Shown: piece after piece, positions 31,200 to 40,014 of the stretch
How positions within the stretch are numbered: position 1 is the first letter of the stretch
How the letters are laid out: each line of letters starts with the position of its first letter
Assembly: GCA_019057385.1 (NCBI GenBank)
Contig: JAHQJS010000004.1
Coordinates: 384,001-448,000, forward strand
Source of the DNA: Candidatus Borrarchaeum weybense
Lineage (GTDB): Archaea > Asgardarchaeota > Sifarchaeia > Borrarchaeales > Borrarchaeaceae
Direction: 5' to 3'
Length of the DNA: 64,000 nucleotides
Made by a program: the position numbers and the translations under genes
The notes under the pieces: generated by a model
The model's input: the letters and a program-made list of their open reading frames with translations, nothing else
What the model was told of the DNA's origin: nothing
The model's database searches: none

Positions 31200-31970
31200 T
31201 CAAATCTTAAGAAGATCCGAACGCACCGTAAAATATTTTTTGCGAGGATTATCCACATTAAGATGAACCAGTTTCTCAATCGCAAAGGTTTTCATATATT
31301 TATCAAAATACTCTTTTGGTAGAAGAAGAATTGGACAGTGCATCTCATAAGCCCCTTCTTTCTTTTTATCTATAACTTCTCCTTCCTCGATTTTGAGCTC
31401 AATTTGACGTGCCAGTGATTTTAAATACTTTAGAAGAGTTTCTCGTCTGCAATACTCGGGAAATCTCATTGGTCGTTCACTAATAACTTCAGGAAGATTG
31501 CTTGATAAAAATTGTGAAATTTCACGAATTTTTTTAACACAATTCTCTCCTAGAGGTGTAAGAGTATTGTTTTGGGAAGAAAAAAGTTGTTCCACACGTC
31601 CCTTTGGATCCTTTCCGATATATTTGTAAACTAAATTAGGTTTGACATTGCGTATTATACCCCAACAGAATAATTGCACTTTTCGCACTTTCAATAATTG
31701 AAAATCTTCCTTAGTCCAAGAATCAAAAACTTCTAAGGCGTCTAATCCAATTTTTCGTATTGTACATCTCTGAACGCCTGCTTCCTTCACAATCAAACCC
31801 ATGTCTTTGAGTAACTTAACCGCGCTATACGCAAATTTACCTTTTGGAAAATATACTGTTCTTTCAGCGTCACTTTCATTAATAGATTCAGCGTCTCTTA
31901 GATAACAGAGAACCTCAATAACATCTTTTCGATCAAAAATCCGGATCATTAAAACTTCGTCCATAGCCAT
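31200..31970 (-). CDS. Hypothetical protein, N-terminal winged-helix-like region
   Basis: VKLLKDMGLI...TIRKIG pattern. Confidence 0.45.
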   Translation of the reverse strand: MAMDEVLMIRIFDRKDVIEVLCYLRDAESINESDAERTVYFPKGKFAYSAVKLLKDMGLIVKEAGVQRCTIRKIGLDALEVFDSWTKEDFQLLKVRKVQLFCWGIIRNVKPNLVYKYIGKDPKGRVEQLFSSQNNTLTPLGENCVKKIREISQFLSSNLPEVISERPMRFPEYCRRETLLKYLKSLARQIELKIEEGEVIDKKKEGAYEMHCPILLLPKEYFDKYMKTFAIEKLVHLNVDNPRKKYFTVRSDLLKI

Positions 31971-32527
31971 TCCTCACTATCATTTTCAATTATTTCACTC
32001 CTTGCCATCCGCCCCATCTTTTGTGAGGATTTGCAAACTGTAATTTTCTTTTGCCCAGTTTATCTCATTCATCCAACTACATGAAGTTACAACTAAATAA
32101 ATATGCAAAGTAGATAAAAGGCATAACTATTAATCAGGTCTATGATTATTGTTTATCCTTCATATAGTGCATGAAATCTACTTTACTTGAGAGAGACTGC
32201 AATAAAACTGTGAAAGTGGTTTTTTGTAGTTTTTAACTACTATCTTGCTACGATTTTGCTTTTAGTGAGAGCTCGTATAGATTCAATTAATGAAAATAAC
32301 GATCTCAAATTTATGACAAACTCGATCGAACATGGTGAAGATTCTAGGAAAACGCTGAAAACATGCTAATGGTGATCTACTGAACGATCACAAGTGAGAT
32401 TTGCGCGGATAAACGAGTGGAATCGAAAAGTATACTACAAAGGTTAACCTTAAGGATCCAATTTGAGTATATATATACTTGAATTCACAAATGAAATTAC
32501 ATAAATATACTTGAAGAATGTGATAAA

Positions 32528-32842
32528 ATGGCTGTAAATGATGTAATAATGGATAAAATATTATGTATGGTGTACCATTGGCAAGATGCTTATCCCAGTA
32601 TATCTGAATTAAATAAGAGATTCGAAATAAAAAATATGGAAACAATTGAAGCAGATAGGGAGATATGGGAAAGAATATTAAAATTACAGGCTAAAAAATA
32701 TGTAGAAATCAAAAGACCTCTTATTTCCATAACAAATCATGGCATTAACTATCTAAATAAAAAATATCCAGAACTTGCTGAGCGAAGTATAAAAGAATGC
32801 CTTTTTGTAACTTGCAAAGATTGCGATATGTTAAGCTCTTAA
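32528..32842 (+). CDS. Small winged-helix protein
   Basis: ILKLQAKKYVEI....ISITNHGINYL pattern. Confidence 0.55.
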   Translation: MAVNDVIMDKILCMVYHWQDAYPSISELNKRFEIKNMETIEADREIWERILKLQAKKYVEIKRPLISITNHGINYLNKKYPELAERSIKECLFVTCKDCDMLSS

Positions 32843-33051
32843 TTTTGAATATTCTTTGAGCAATGCCTCTTATTCTAAATAATTTGAAAGACCGCAGAGT
32901 GTTTAATATGCGCCTCAAGTCGCTTGACTAGTTAGTGTCCTATGATTATTAAACAATAAACTGGTTTATTTGTTCAGTTTTTTCAATTTGTTCCTGCTGG
33001 TTGATTAAAGGTAATTTTTTGAGTATACGAGGACAAAGGTTTTTGATGATT

Positions 33052-33299
33052 AATTTGTGTCTAAAAATAGAGATTTAAGAAAAACTAGAAGGAAAATTAC
33101 GAAAAAAGGTTATGTGTGTCTTAGATTTGTGGAAATAGAATTGATTAGAATTGAGAAAAATGAATATACTAAAATTAAAATGATCTTTGTCAAAAAATGA
33201 CTAATCAGAAATGAGAATAAGAATTTGTGTCTAAAGAGAAAAAATAGAGCAGGAAATTTAAGATAATTAATTTTTGGACAATTTTTTTAGACACAAATT
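33052..33299. repeat. Cluster of 14-bp AATTTGTGTCTAAA repeats
   Basis: Direct copies at 33052-33065 and 33222-33235, inverted copy at 33286-33299, degenerate copy near 33112-33125. Confidence 0.75.
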
Positions 33300-33429
33300 G
33301 AAGGTCTTTTTCATTTGCCCTGTTCAAGTGTTGAAAGATCGTATTGGGCAAAACCATTATCTACTAGGTGTTTGCGTTGTGGATACCAAATCCTTACGCC
33401 TTTTATAAATAAATTTCCAACCATTTTGT

Positions 33430-35133
33430 ATGATCACAATGCCACATATATTGGGATGGTATTCGGTATGGGAACGGTTGGGACGAGCAGGTTATCTAAA
33501 GTTATTTGCTTTTCAGTATAAGGCGGTTTATGCATTCAGGGATGGAAAAGATATATTTGTAAAAGCACCAACGGGTGCAGGAAAGACGCTCATTCCGCTG
33601 ATTTGTGCTACTCTTATTCTTGGAATGAAAAAACGATGTGTGTTCCTTGTACCGACCAGGCGGTTGATCGACCAGACCTATGACCGACTCAAAGACTGGT
33701 TTGAAAGTATACCACATTGCGAAGAAGAGTACAATATCGTAACCTTAACAGGAGATAATCGACCTTCTTACAAAGAAATACGAGAAGTGCACATAATCAT
33801 AACAACCTACGAGTCTTTTAATGGTATGTTGGCAAAACATTACAGACATTCACTTTTGAACAATGTCGGACTTGTGGCGATTGATGAAATGCATTATGTC
33901 GGGGATGTAGAGAGAGGGACGCATCTTGAGGAGGCTATTGTCAAAGCGAAGTTGTGGTTGCGACCTCGTCCTCAGATGATCTACCTTGCGGCTACGTTAG
34001 GGAATATACAAGAAATTGGGGAGTGGTTAAAAGCTACAGTCATCGAAACAAAAAAACGCAAGTCGGAAATCATTGTTGGATCACCCATTAACGTCTATAA
34101 TGAGGATGAACGGTTAAAGGTTATTGCTCAGTTAGTTAAAGAAACGGATCAGATAGAGATAGGGGCAAAGGAAACTGACAAAAGATGTGTGCTGGTTTTT
34201 TGTAGATCGAGATGGCATGCCGAAACTAGAGCACAGAATCTTGCAAAAATGTTGGAGAAGGAAGGATACAAAAAAACTGTTTCATATAGCCACAGAGGAC
34301 TGAAAACTGTGGAACGACAAAAGCGGATGAAAGCGTTTCAAAAGGGTGAAATTGACGTGTTGTTCACCACAACAGAATACAAGGAGGGTGTGAATGCTCC
34401 AGTCCTGCGGGTCATCATAGCTGATACCGAGGTGTTCAATTCTCAGGACATTGAACAGATGATCGGAAGGGCAGCCCGTCCGCGATTTTTTCAGATCGGA
34501 TATGCAAATCTGATTATTCAGGGAAACATAGAAGACATTCTCGAAAATAAAAGAATAAGGATAGAGGAAGGGGTAGCCCATTTTGAGGAATCACCATTGG
34601 AAAGTTGGGCAAAATATCATTTGAACGAGATCATCCTCAACAGGTTAGCTAAGGGTGCCTGTTCGATAGGTCGGCTTATTAGGTATCTCAAAGAGTTTTA
34701 TTTTTACTTCGAGGATACAACTCAGATAAAGAATTGGTATAAAGTTATGGAAAACGCAATAAGTGAACGAGAGATGTTTATGCTTACCGCAGACAACTAT
34801 ATGATACTCTTCTCTTTAATAGATAATGACGATAGATACAATGCGAAGGATAAGAAGAACTTTCACTCTTTCGTAACTGAATTCCTGATGCGTAGTCGCA
34901 AGTGCGCTGAAACACAAAAAAGAAGGCGTAAAAGGGATAAAAAACTCGTACTTGAAAAGAAGATGGCTCTTGTTTTCTTGAAAGAATACTTAACTAATAA
35001 ACTAAAACGTTATGATGCTGAGCTAAAAACTCAAGTTAAAACTCATCTAGGCTACCTCATCCATATTGGGTTTCTTAAAAAACAGGAACTGGAATCTAAG
35101 GCAATAAAGGAAGGATTAGGAAGTGCAGTCTAA
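33430..35133 (+). CDS. Ski2/Hel308-like SF2 helicase (N-terminal part of a split helicase-Cas1 gene)
   Basis: APTGAGKT, DEMH, LAAT, HRGL, QMIGRAARP; ends midway through the winged-helix domain. Confidence 0.88.
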   Translation: MITMPHILGWYSVWERLGRAGYLKLFAFQYKAVYAFRDGKDIFVKAPTGAGKTLIPLICATLILGMKKRCVFLVPTRRLIDQTYDRLKDWFESIPHCEEEYNIVTLTGDNRPSYKEIREVHIIITTYESFNGMLAKHYRHSLLNNVGLVAIDEMHYVGDVERGTHLEEAIVKAKLWLRPRPQMIYLAATLGNIQEIGEWLKATVIETKKRKSEIIVGSPINVYNEDERLKVIAQLVKETDQIEIGAKETDKRCVLVFCRSRWHAETRAQNLAKMLEKEGYKKTVSYSHRGLKTVERQKRMKAFQKGEIDVLFTTTEYKEGVNAPVLRVIIADTEVFNSQDIEQMIGRAARPRFFQIGYANLIIQGNIEDILENKRIRIEEGVAHFEESPLESWAKYHLNEIILNRLAKGACSIGRLIRYLKEFYFYFEDTTQIKNWYKVMENAISEREMFMLTADNYMILFSLIDNDDRYNAKDKKNFHSFVTEFLMRSRKCAETQKRRRKRDKKLVLEKKMALVFLKEYLTNKLKRYDAELKTQVKTHLGYLIHIGFLKKQELESKAIKEGLGSAV

Positions 35134-37468
35134 GGTAATAAAGAACGGGAAATATAGCGTAACAGAAACTGGACAATGGGCAAGTCAATTTCTATTAAAG
35201 ACCAGCGATGCAAAGAAGATCCACAAATTTCTCCAGACACAGTATTTTTATTCAGAAGACGACGCTTGTAAAAAACTGGCGACTCTTATAAGTGAGAGTG
35301 TCCGTGAGAACGATAATTCGCGATATAGAGCGCAACAATATGAGTTGTTCATATTATCTTTAGTAGAAGGGTTCGATATTGATGAGGCAGCGGAAAACGC
35401 TCGGATGCGACAAGGGGATGCCGAAGGGTGCAGAAGAACTGCCGCGTGGATTGCAGAGGCAGTTAATGCCTACGTTGGAAAGAACATTCCGAAGATCGCG
35501 GAAATGGCAGAAGGAATTAGTGAAGCGCTTACCGTAGATAAAAGAAGGGAAATAGGACCTGGGGTGCGAAGTTATGCAAAAGAGAAACCCTCGTCATATC
35601 CAGGTATTCAAAAAACAATTTGTTCTGTTATTAATCAATTAGGAATTTGCACATATGATGCGATCCATAACATAATTACTGACAAATATGGTGAGTCAGT
35701 AGATCGAACGACAACAATTTGGAACATCCTTGATTTAAGGGCGAAAGACGAAGTTATAACTTTATCAAGAGGCAAGGGAATAGGGCGTCCCGTAATCCAT
35801 GTGTGTAAAAAGGGAATGAATGTACCTGAACATATGCGCAAGACTTGCGGATCCTGTGTATTTTACATATCCTGTGACGATGATGAAAAAGAACGAGACA
35901 ATCAAAGATTTATCTGTGAACTGCGAAGGGAATGCAACAAGCGCGTGGAAAAAAATATTGTAAGCACGTACGTTACGAGCAATATGGGTGCGTGTAAATA
36001 TCATAATTCGTCTCAAGAGCGAAAAAGACGAAGTTTTCGTAAATTTGAGAGGACAGACACAGGCAAACCTATCTGCCAAATTTGTAAATCGGATGCCGTT
36101 AAGGAACCAACCGCTTATGATCACTACACCATATGTTCCAATTGTAATTCACAGTATTACTACCTTTGCGACGGCAGGTTCAGTGTTCAGCCAGGTGTCA
36201 GAGATTTATTACAGCAAGCATTAGAAGAAATCTATGGAAAGTCCGTTAAACCTGTTAAAAGGTGTGCAAAACTAGAGGGTTCTTTAGATCGGCAATACGT
36301 TGAATTAACCATTAAGAAAGGGGATGCAGCTCATATTGACCAAAATAAACTCATTTATATTCCAAAAGAGGAGAAGACACGTTCTTATTTGTTAGATGCC
36401 ATTGAATGTGTTAGAGTGCTTGACGGTGCATATATCACGCCTTATGTATATGAGAAACTCGATGACAGAATTTTATCTGGCAAGAATGTGAATAGACCGC
36501 CAAACGCTTCCTTTGAAGGGTATATAAACATACCTGACGTGCACAATCAACTGAAAGAACGTATACAAGAAATTCGAGAGCAAGAAGTTGGTTTGGCATT
36601 GGCGAGGATACTTATAATGGGTAAGAAAATGAATAATGCAATTCTTACTCTGCAAGCTGGTGAGGAGGGATTACTGTGCCCAGTAGATGCCAGCAGGTTA
36701 TTTTTCAAACAAATGAATGTTGTCGCCCATACTATCATGTATTGGACGGGAAATAGAGAAAATCTGCTCAGTTTCGAGGCGGTTGGCGAACGATACGCAT
36801 GGAAAGCAATTAAACGCGCCTTGAAGGATACATCTATGCGCTTTGAAAATCGTACACAGGAACGATATATCTTTTCGGTTCCCTATATCGGCAAAGTTAG
36901 GGCACGATCTCCCTTTAGTGCAGGACTTAATGCCATTTATCGCCGTGTCCTCGAAATATGTAGAGAGGTGCTTTGCGAAAAAGGATTCTCTTGGTTTCCT
37001 GGCGAACTCGTACTCCATTATAGAAGAAGAAAAGACCAACAAATCCCCATTGGAACAGCTCTTGATTTCCGAGAGTTGTTTTTGGCACTGTTCAGATTCA
37101 CTTATATGAAAGCGTGCAAGAAGGATCAAATTAGGAATACAGATTTTGTACTGTCAAGTACATCTCGCGAGGAAAAAGTATATACCCTTACATACGAGGC
37201 AGAGGATAAAGTTAGAGACTTAATCGAAAGCGTCATGAATAAAGAGGTATATTATCTTGGAAAACAGATGTCACTTTGGAAAGCAATGAAAGAATGCGCA
37301 CGTTCACTTCGCAACTTTTTATTAGAGGGATCTAAATTTATTCCTTTTGTCTGCGCATTAAATGAGGAGCAATTTAAAAAGATTTTAAAGACTTTCCAAA
37401 ATATAGAGAGGTTTTGTGGACCTTCAGGTAAAGGACCTCCTGTTTCAATGTTTGATATCTTATCATAA
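35123..37468 (+). CDS. cas1: Hel308 C-terminal domains + HTH + Cys-rich Zn fingers + Cas1 integrase domain
   Basis: N-term YSVTETG..AS and GDAEG...AAWI (Hel308-like); several CxxC motifs. C-term Cas1 pattern LLSFEAVGERYAW...RSPFSAGLNAIY...VLHY...ALDFRELF, with the E/H/E catalytic positions present. Confidence 0.8.
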   Translation: MQSKVIKNGKYSVTETGQWASQFLLKTSDAKKIHKFLQTQYFYSEDDACKKLATLISESVRENDNSRYRAQQYELFILSLVEGFDIDEAAENARMRQGDAEGCRRTAAWIAEAVNAYVGKNIPKIAEMAEGISEALTVDKRREIGPGVRSYAKEKPSSYPGIQKTICSVINQLGICTYDAIHNIITDKYGESVDRTTTIWNILDLRAKDEVITLSRGKGIGRPVIHVCKKGMNVPEHMRKTCGSCVFYISCDDDEKERDNQRFICELRRECNKRVEKNIVSTYVTSNMGACKYHNSSQERKRRSFRKFERTDTGKPICQICKSDAVKEPTAYDHYTICSNCNSQYYYLCDGRFSVQPGVRDLLQQALEEIYGKSVKPVKRCAKLEGSLDRQYVELTIKKGDAAHIDQNKLIYIPKEEKTRSYLLDAIECVRVLDGAYITPYVYEKLDDRILSGKNVNRPPNASFEGYINIPDVHNQLKERIQEIREQEVGLALARILIMGKKMNNAILTLQAGEEGLLCPVDASRLFFKQMNVVAHTIMYWTGNRENLLSFEAVGERYAWKAIKRALKDTSMRFENRTQERYIFSVPYIGKVRARSPFSAGLNAIYRRVLEICREVLCEKGFSWFPGELVLHYRRRKDQQIPIGTALDFRELFLALFRFTYMKACKKDQIRNTDFVLSSTSREEKVYTLTYEAEDKVRDLIESVMNKEVYYLGKQMSLWKAMKECARSLRNFLLEGSKFIPFVCALNEEQFKKILKTFQNIERFCGPSGKGPPVSMFDILS

Positions 37469-37703
37469 ATACAATTCACTTTTTGCTCTCTTTTTCGACT
37501 TGGATTAATTTAGACCATCAACCTCTTCCTTTTGGTTCTCTAAGAAATGCTTCTTCTTGGTGAAAAACCTAACTAAGAATAAATTTGATTCAATGTTTAT
37601 TTAAATGAAAAGAAGAACAAGAAAGGTTTTTTCCTCCATCTCCAAAGACATAGATAAAAACGTTACTAGATCGCTTATTTTTACAAAAGGAGTTCATAAA
37701 ATA

Positions 37704-37750
37704 ATCCGTTATACAAAAAGCGTTATTTAAAAACCGCAATGCTTATATAC
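37704..37750 (+). promoter_or_regulatory. Promoter region of the cas7-like gene; putative target of guide 1
   Basis: TTATATA at 37743-37749, ~34 bp before ATG 37783; 44/47 identical to 38771-38817. Confidence 0.7.
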
Positions 37751-37782
37751 TCGGTTGCAAAGGTATATTTGAGGTTTTCAAA

Positions 37783-38598
37783 ATGAAAAAAACTAAGAAA
37801 CAGATCAATGTTCATGCCTTCACTCCTATTGCGAAACCGATCAATACCTCCATACAGAAAAATTCCACTATGCTTCTTTTGGGAGAAATTCCGTATGTCA
37901 ATGGATCGAAAACATTTACTACCAAGCTGTATTATCTCAAAGGTTTGCGAGGAATGCTGAGGCATGCCTGCATGGACTTAGCACGTGCTTACGATATCGA
38001 GGTCTGTCACAGTTCTGAAAAGACTGAACTCAGGGATGGGACAAAACTCGTCTCGCAAGGGTTTCATCCGCTGGGTGCCTGTGATCCTCCCTGCATTCTG
38101 AGGCGTATCTTCGGTACGTTCAGAGAAGACTCCCGCATTAGTGTTTCCGCCGATCCCATCACTTCTATCAGCCATAAGGAATACATTACCGAAGTTCCCG
38201 TCCAAAAAGTTCATATCGCCAGTGAAAATAGGATTGCTCTTTCCTATGACAGGATCCCCATACAAGACTTTAGACAATCCTATTTTTCAGGTTACTTTAC
38301 CTTTTCCATTGATGCCACCCAATTGACCGATGATGAGATTAAATTTCTCTTGGAATCGCTGTTGCATATAGAGTACTATGGTGGTGGCAGAAGTGCGGGC
38401 TATGGTCATGTCAAAATTCTAAATGTTGAATTGCTGCACATAACAATCGAAAGAAAATTTGAATCTGAGAACGGAACTCTGAAAGTCGTTGAAGAGGAAA
38501 AAGTAACTCCGCTAGAACTTGATACTCTCGATGACTGGACGGAAAGTATATCCCTATCTGCACTGACACAAGAACTAGAATTGATGGATGGGGAGTGA
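37783..38598 (+). CDS. cas7: Cas7/Csm3-like RAMP protein
   Basis: KGLRGMLRH, C..C..RRIFG, ENRIA, C-terminal G-rich loop GGGRSAGYG.V. Confidence 0.85.
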   Translation: MKKTKKQINVHAFTPIAKPINTSIQKNSTMLLLGEIPYVNGSKTFTTKLYYLKGLRGMLRHACMDLARAYDIEVCHSSEKTELRDGTKLVSQGFHPLGACDPPCILRRIFGTFREDSRISVSADPITSISHKEYITEVPVQKVHIASENRIALSYDRIPIQDFRQSYFSGYFTFSIDATQLTDDEIKFLLESLLHIEYYGGGRSAGYGHVKILNVELLHITIERKFESENGTLKVVEEEKVTPLELDTLDDWTESISLSALTQELELMDGE

Positions 38599-38648
38599 AA
38601 AAGATGTTGAATAACCTGCAATACTCGTTATTTCCTTTTTTCTCATCT

Positions 38649-38851
38649 AAGACGGAATGCTTCCCTTGTAGCGAGGGGAGCACGTTCTTGTGCATGAGAC
38701 TGAACCATCTTGGAGGTCTGACGCCTCGTCTCATGGGGATGGATGACAGGCAGGGGACGAGAAAAGTCACATCCGATTTACAAAAAGCGTTATTTAAAAA
38801 CCGCAATGCTTCTATACAATTAATATGCCCGTTATAACATTGATAACGGGC
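38649..38851 (+). ncRNA. Putative guide RNA 1: scaffold 38649-38770, variable segment, 3' hairpin 38827-38851
   Basis: Scaffold homologous to 39758-39875 with compensatory stem changes. Variable part matches 37704-37750. Hairpin gcccgttat-N7-ataacgggc. Confidence 0.7.
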
Positions 38852-38875
38852 TAAAATCTATAAATAGGGATAAAG

Positions 38876-39691
38876 ATGACACAAAATTGGTTTAAATTGA
38901 TAGGAATCACCAAAACGCCTGTGATCACAAGAAGAAGGCGGTTTTTCTATAAATTAGGAGTAATCTCCATTCATGGTCGCCCCAGAGTCTTCGGTAAACT
39001 CACAAAAGGGGAAAGACGCCCACCTAAGACGTATAGGGCGTGGTATGGTGACGTCGAGTTTATCGTGCCAGAAGACAGACTTGACGACGCGCTCGCCATT
39101 GATTGTTTCGGGAGTTTCACTAATGAAGGCATGGGACAAATGCAATGGAAAGAAGCGAAAAAACTCTACAAAAAACCCCTCTATACTCCGAGAAAAGCCA
39201 AGATCAGAAAAATGCTTCCGAAACTTTCAGAGACGCAAGAAAAACTATTAATAGGTTTTTTACTTCATGATTTTGTCCATACCGAAAAACACAACAGCAA
39301 AATCTATACCGAGGTTAATATATATGATGGATTTGTCTATGAATTGGCTAAAAATCATCATAATTACACGATAGACGATAGAGAAATCCCTTTGCTCTGT
39401 ACTCTTCAATATTACGATAGGCTTTCTTCAAGAATCTCAAGAAAATTCCGCTTTTCTGCGTCCTCACGCTATCGCGTCACTGAAATAGAAAAAATAGATT
39501 TCGACGAACTTAAACAGGAGATCGAAACGCGCCAATATTCCCTATACGCGCTTTATAGTTATGTCTATAAGTCTCAGACACTCAATAAAATCAACGAAGC
39601 ACTCAAATTCGGTTTTTCATCGCTAAAAAATCATCTCTTATTAATGGTTAACCTGTATATTGATGACTCACAAGAGGCTATATACTTATGA
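38876..39691 (+). CDS. Small RAMP (Cas5-like) fused to an HD nuclease-like domain
   Basis: KTPVIT first strand, G-rich loop FGSFTNEGMGQM, then LLHDFVH...NHH...YDRLSS (Cas10/Cas3-type HD pattern). Confidence 0.65.
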   Translation: MTQNWFKLIGITKTPVITRRRRFFYKLGVISIHGRPRVFGKLTKGERRPPKTYRAWYGDVEFIVPEDRLDDALAIDCFGSFTNEGMGQMQWKEAKKLYKKPLYTPRKAKIRKMLPKLSETQEKLLIGFLLHDFVHTEKHNSKIYTEVNIYDGFVYELAKNHHNYTIDDREIPLLCTLQYYDRLSSRISRKFRFSASSRYRVTEIEKIDFDELKQEIETRQYSLYALYSYVYKSQTLNKINEALKFGFSSLKNHLLLMVNLYIDDSQEAIYL

Positions 39692-39720
39692 CACGAGAAA
39701 CTCTCGTTTTGAATAGTGGC

Positions 39721-39730
39721 GTTTATATAG
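39721..39730 (+). promoter_or_regulatory. TATA box for guide RNA 2
   Basis: GTTTATATAG ~28 nt upstream of the conserved scaffold start. Confidence 0.55.
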
Positions 39731-39757
39731 GTCTTTGCAAGCGAATATACAAGTTAC

Positions 39758-39957
39758 AAGGCGGAATGTTCCTCGCATCACGCGGAGAACACGTTCTTGT
39801 GCATGAGACTGAACCTGAGAGGTCTGACGCCTCGTAGAAGGGAATGAATGACAGGTAGGGGACGAGAAAGGTCAAAAAACAAGTGGTGTATGCGATAAAG
39901 TGGACGTGTACCAAAAAGTAATATATAAACGATGGAGGGCTCATTTGAGCCCTTTTT
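39758..39957 (+). ncRNA. Putative guide RNA 2: scaffold 39758-39875, segment matching the integration site, terminator-like hairpin
   Basis: Second scaffold copy; 39881-39914 matches the reconstructed empty DUF362 site at 28/34. Confidence 0.72.
39936..39957 (+). terminator. Hairpin plus T-run
   Basis: agggctc-attt-gagccct followed by tttt. Confidence 0.6.
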
Positions 39958-40014
39958 ATCTATTTAAAAACTGAGTTTTCCCGCCGATTTGGTCAAAAAT
40001 ATAAAACTGATATT

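Larger units (their letters stand above)
11305..40014. mobile_element. Integrated island (~28.7 kb) with defence cargo and a Cas1/RAMP module
   Basis: Bounded by the duplicated DUF362 3' end. Gene content switches abruptly from metabolism to defence and mobility genes. Confidence 0.75.

Noticed and set aside
33315-33521. Small Cys-containing ORF as a frameshifted N-terminal extension of the helicase
   Set aside because: Possible, but no recognisable homology or slippery site supports it.
38649-38770. Hammerhead ribozyme or box C/D sRNA identity for the scaffold
   Set aside because: CUGA motifs are present, but there is no complete CUGANGA...GAAA core or canonical RUGAUGA box. Unresolved without cmscan.
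38595-38837. 80-aa ORF over scaffold 1 (and 39723-39944 minus over scaffold 2)
   Set aside because: The homologous DNA is read in different frames and strands with frame-breaking indels; conservation fits RNA structure, not protein.
11305-40014. Classical casposon
   Set aside because: No family B polymerase and no terminal inverted repeats were seen.
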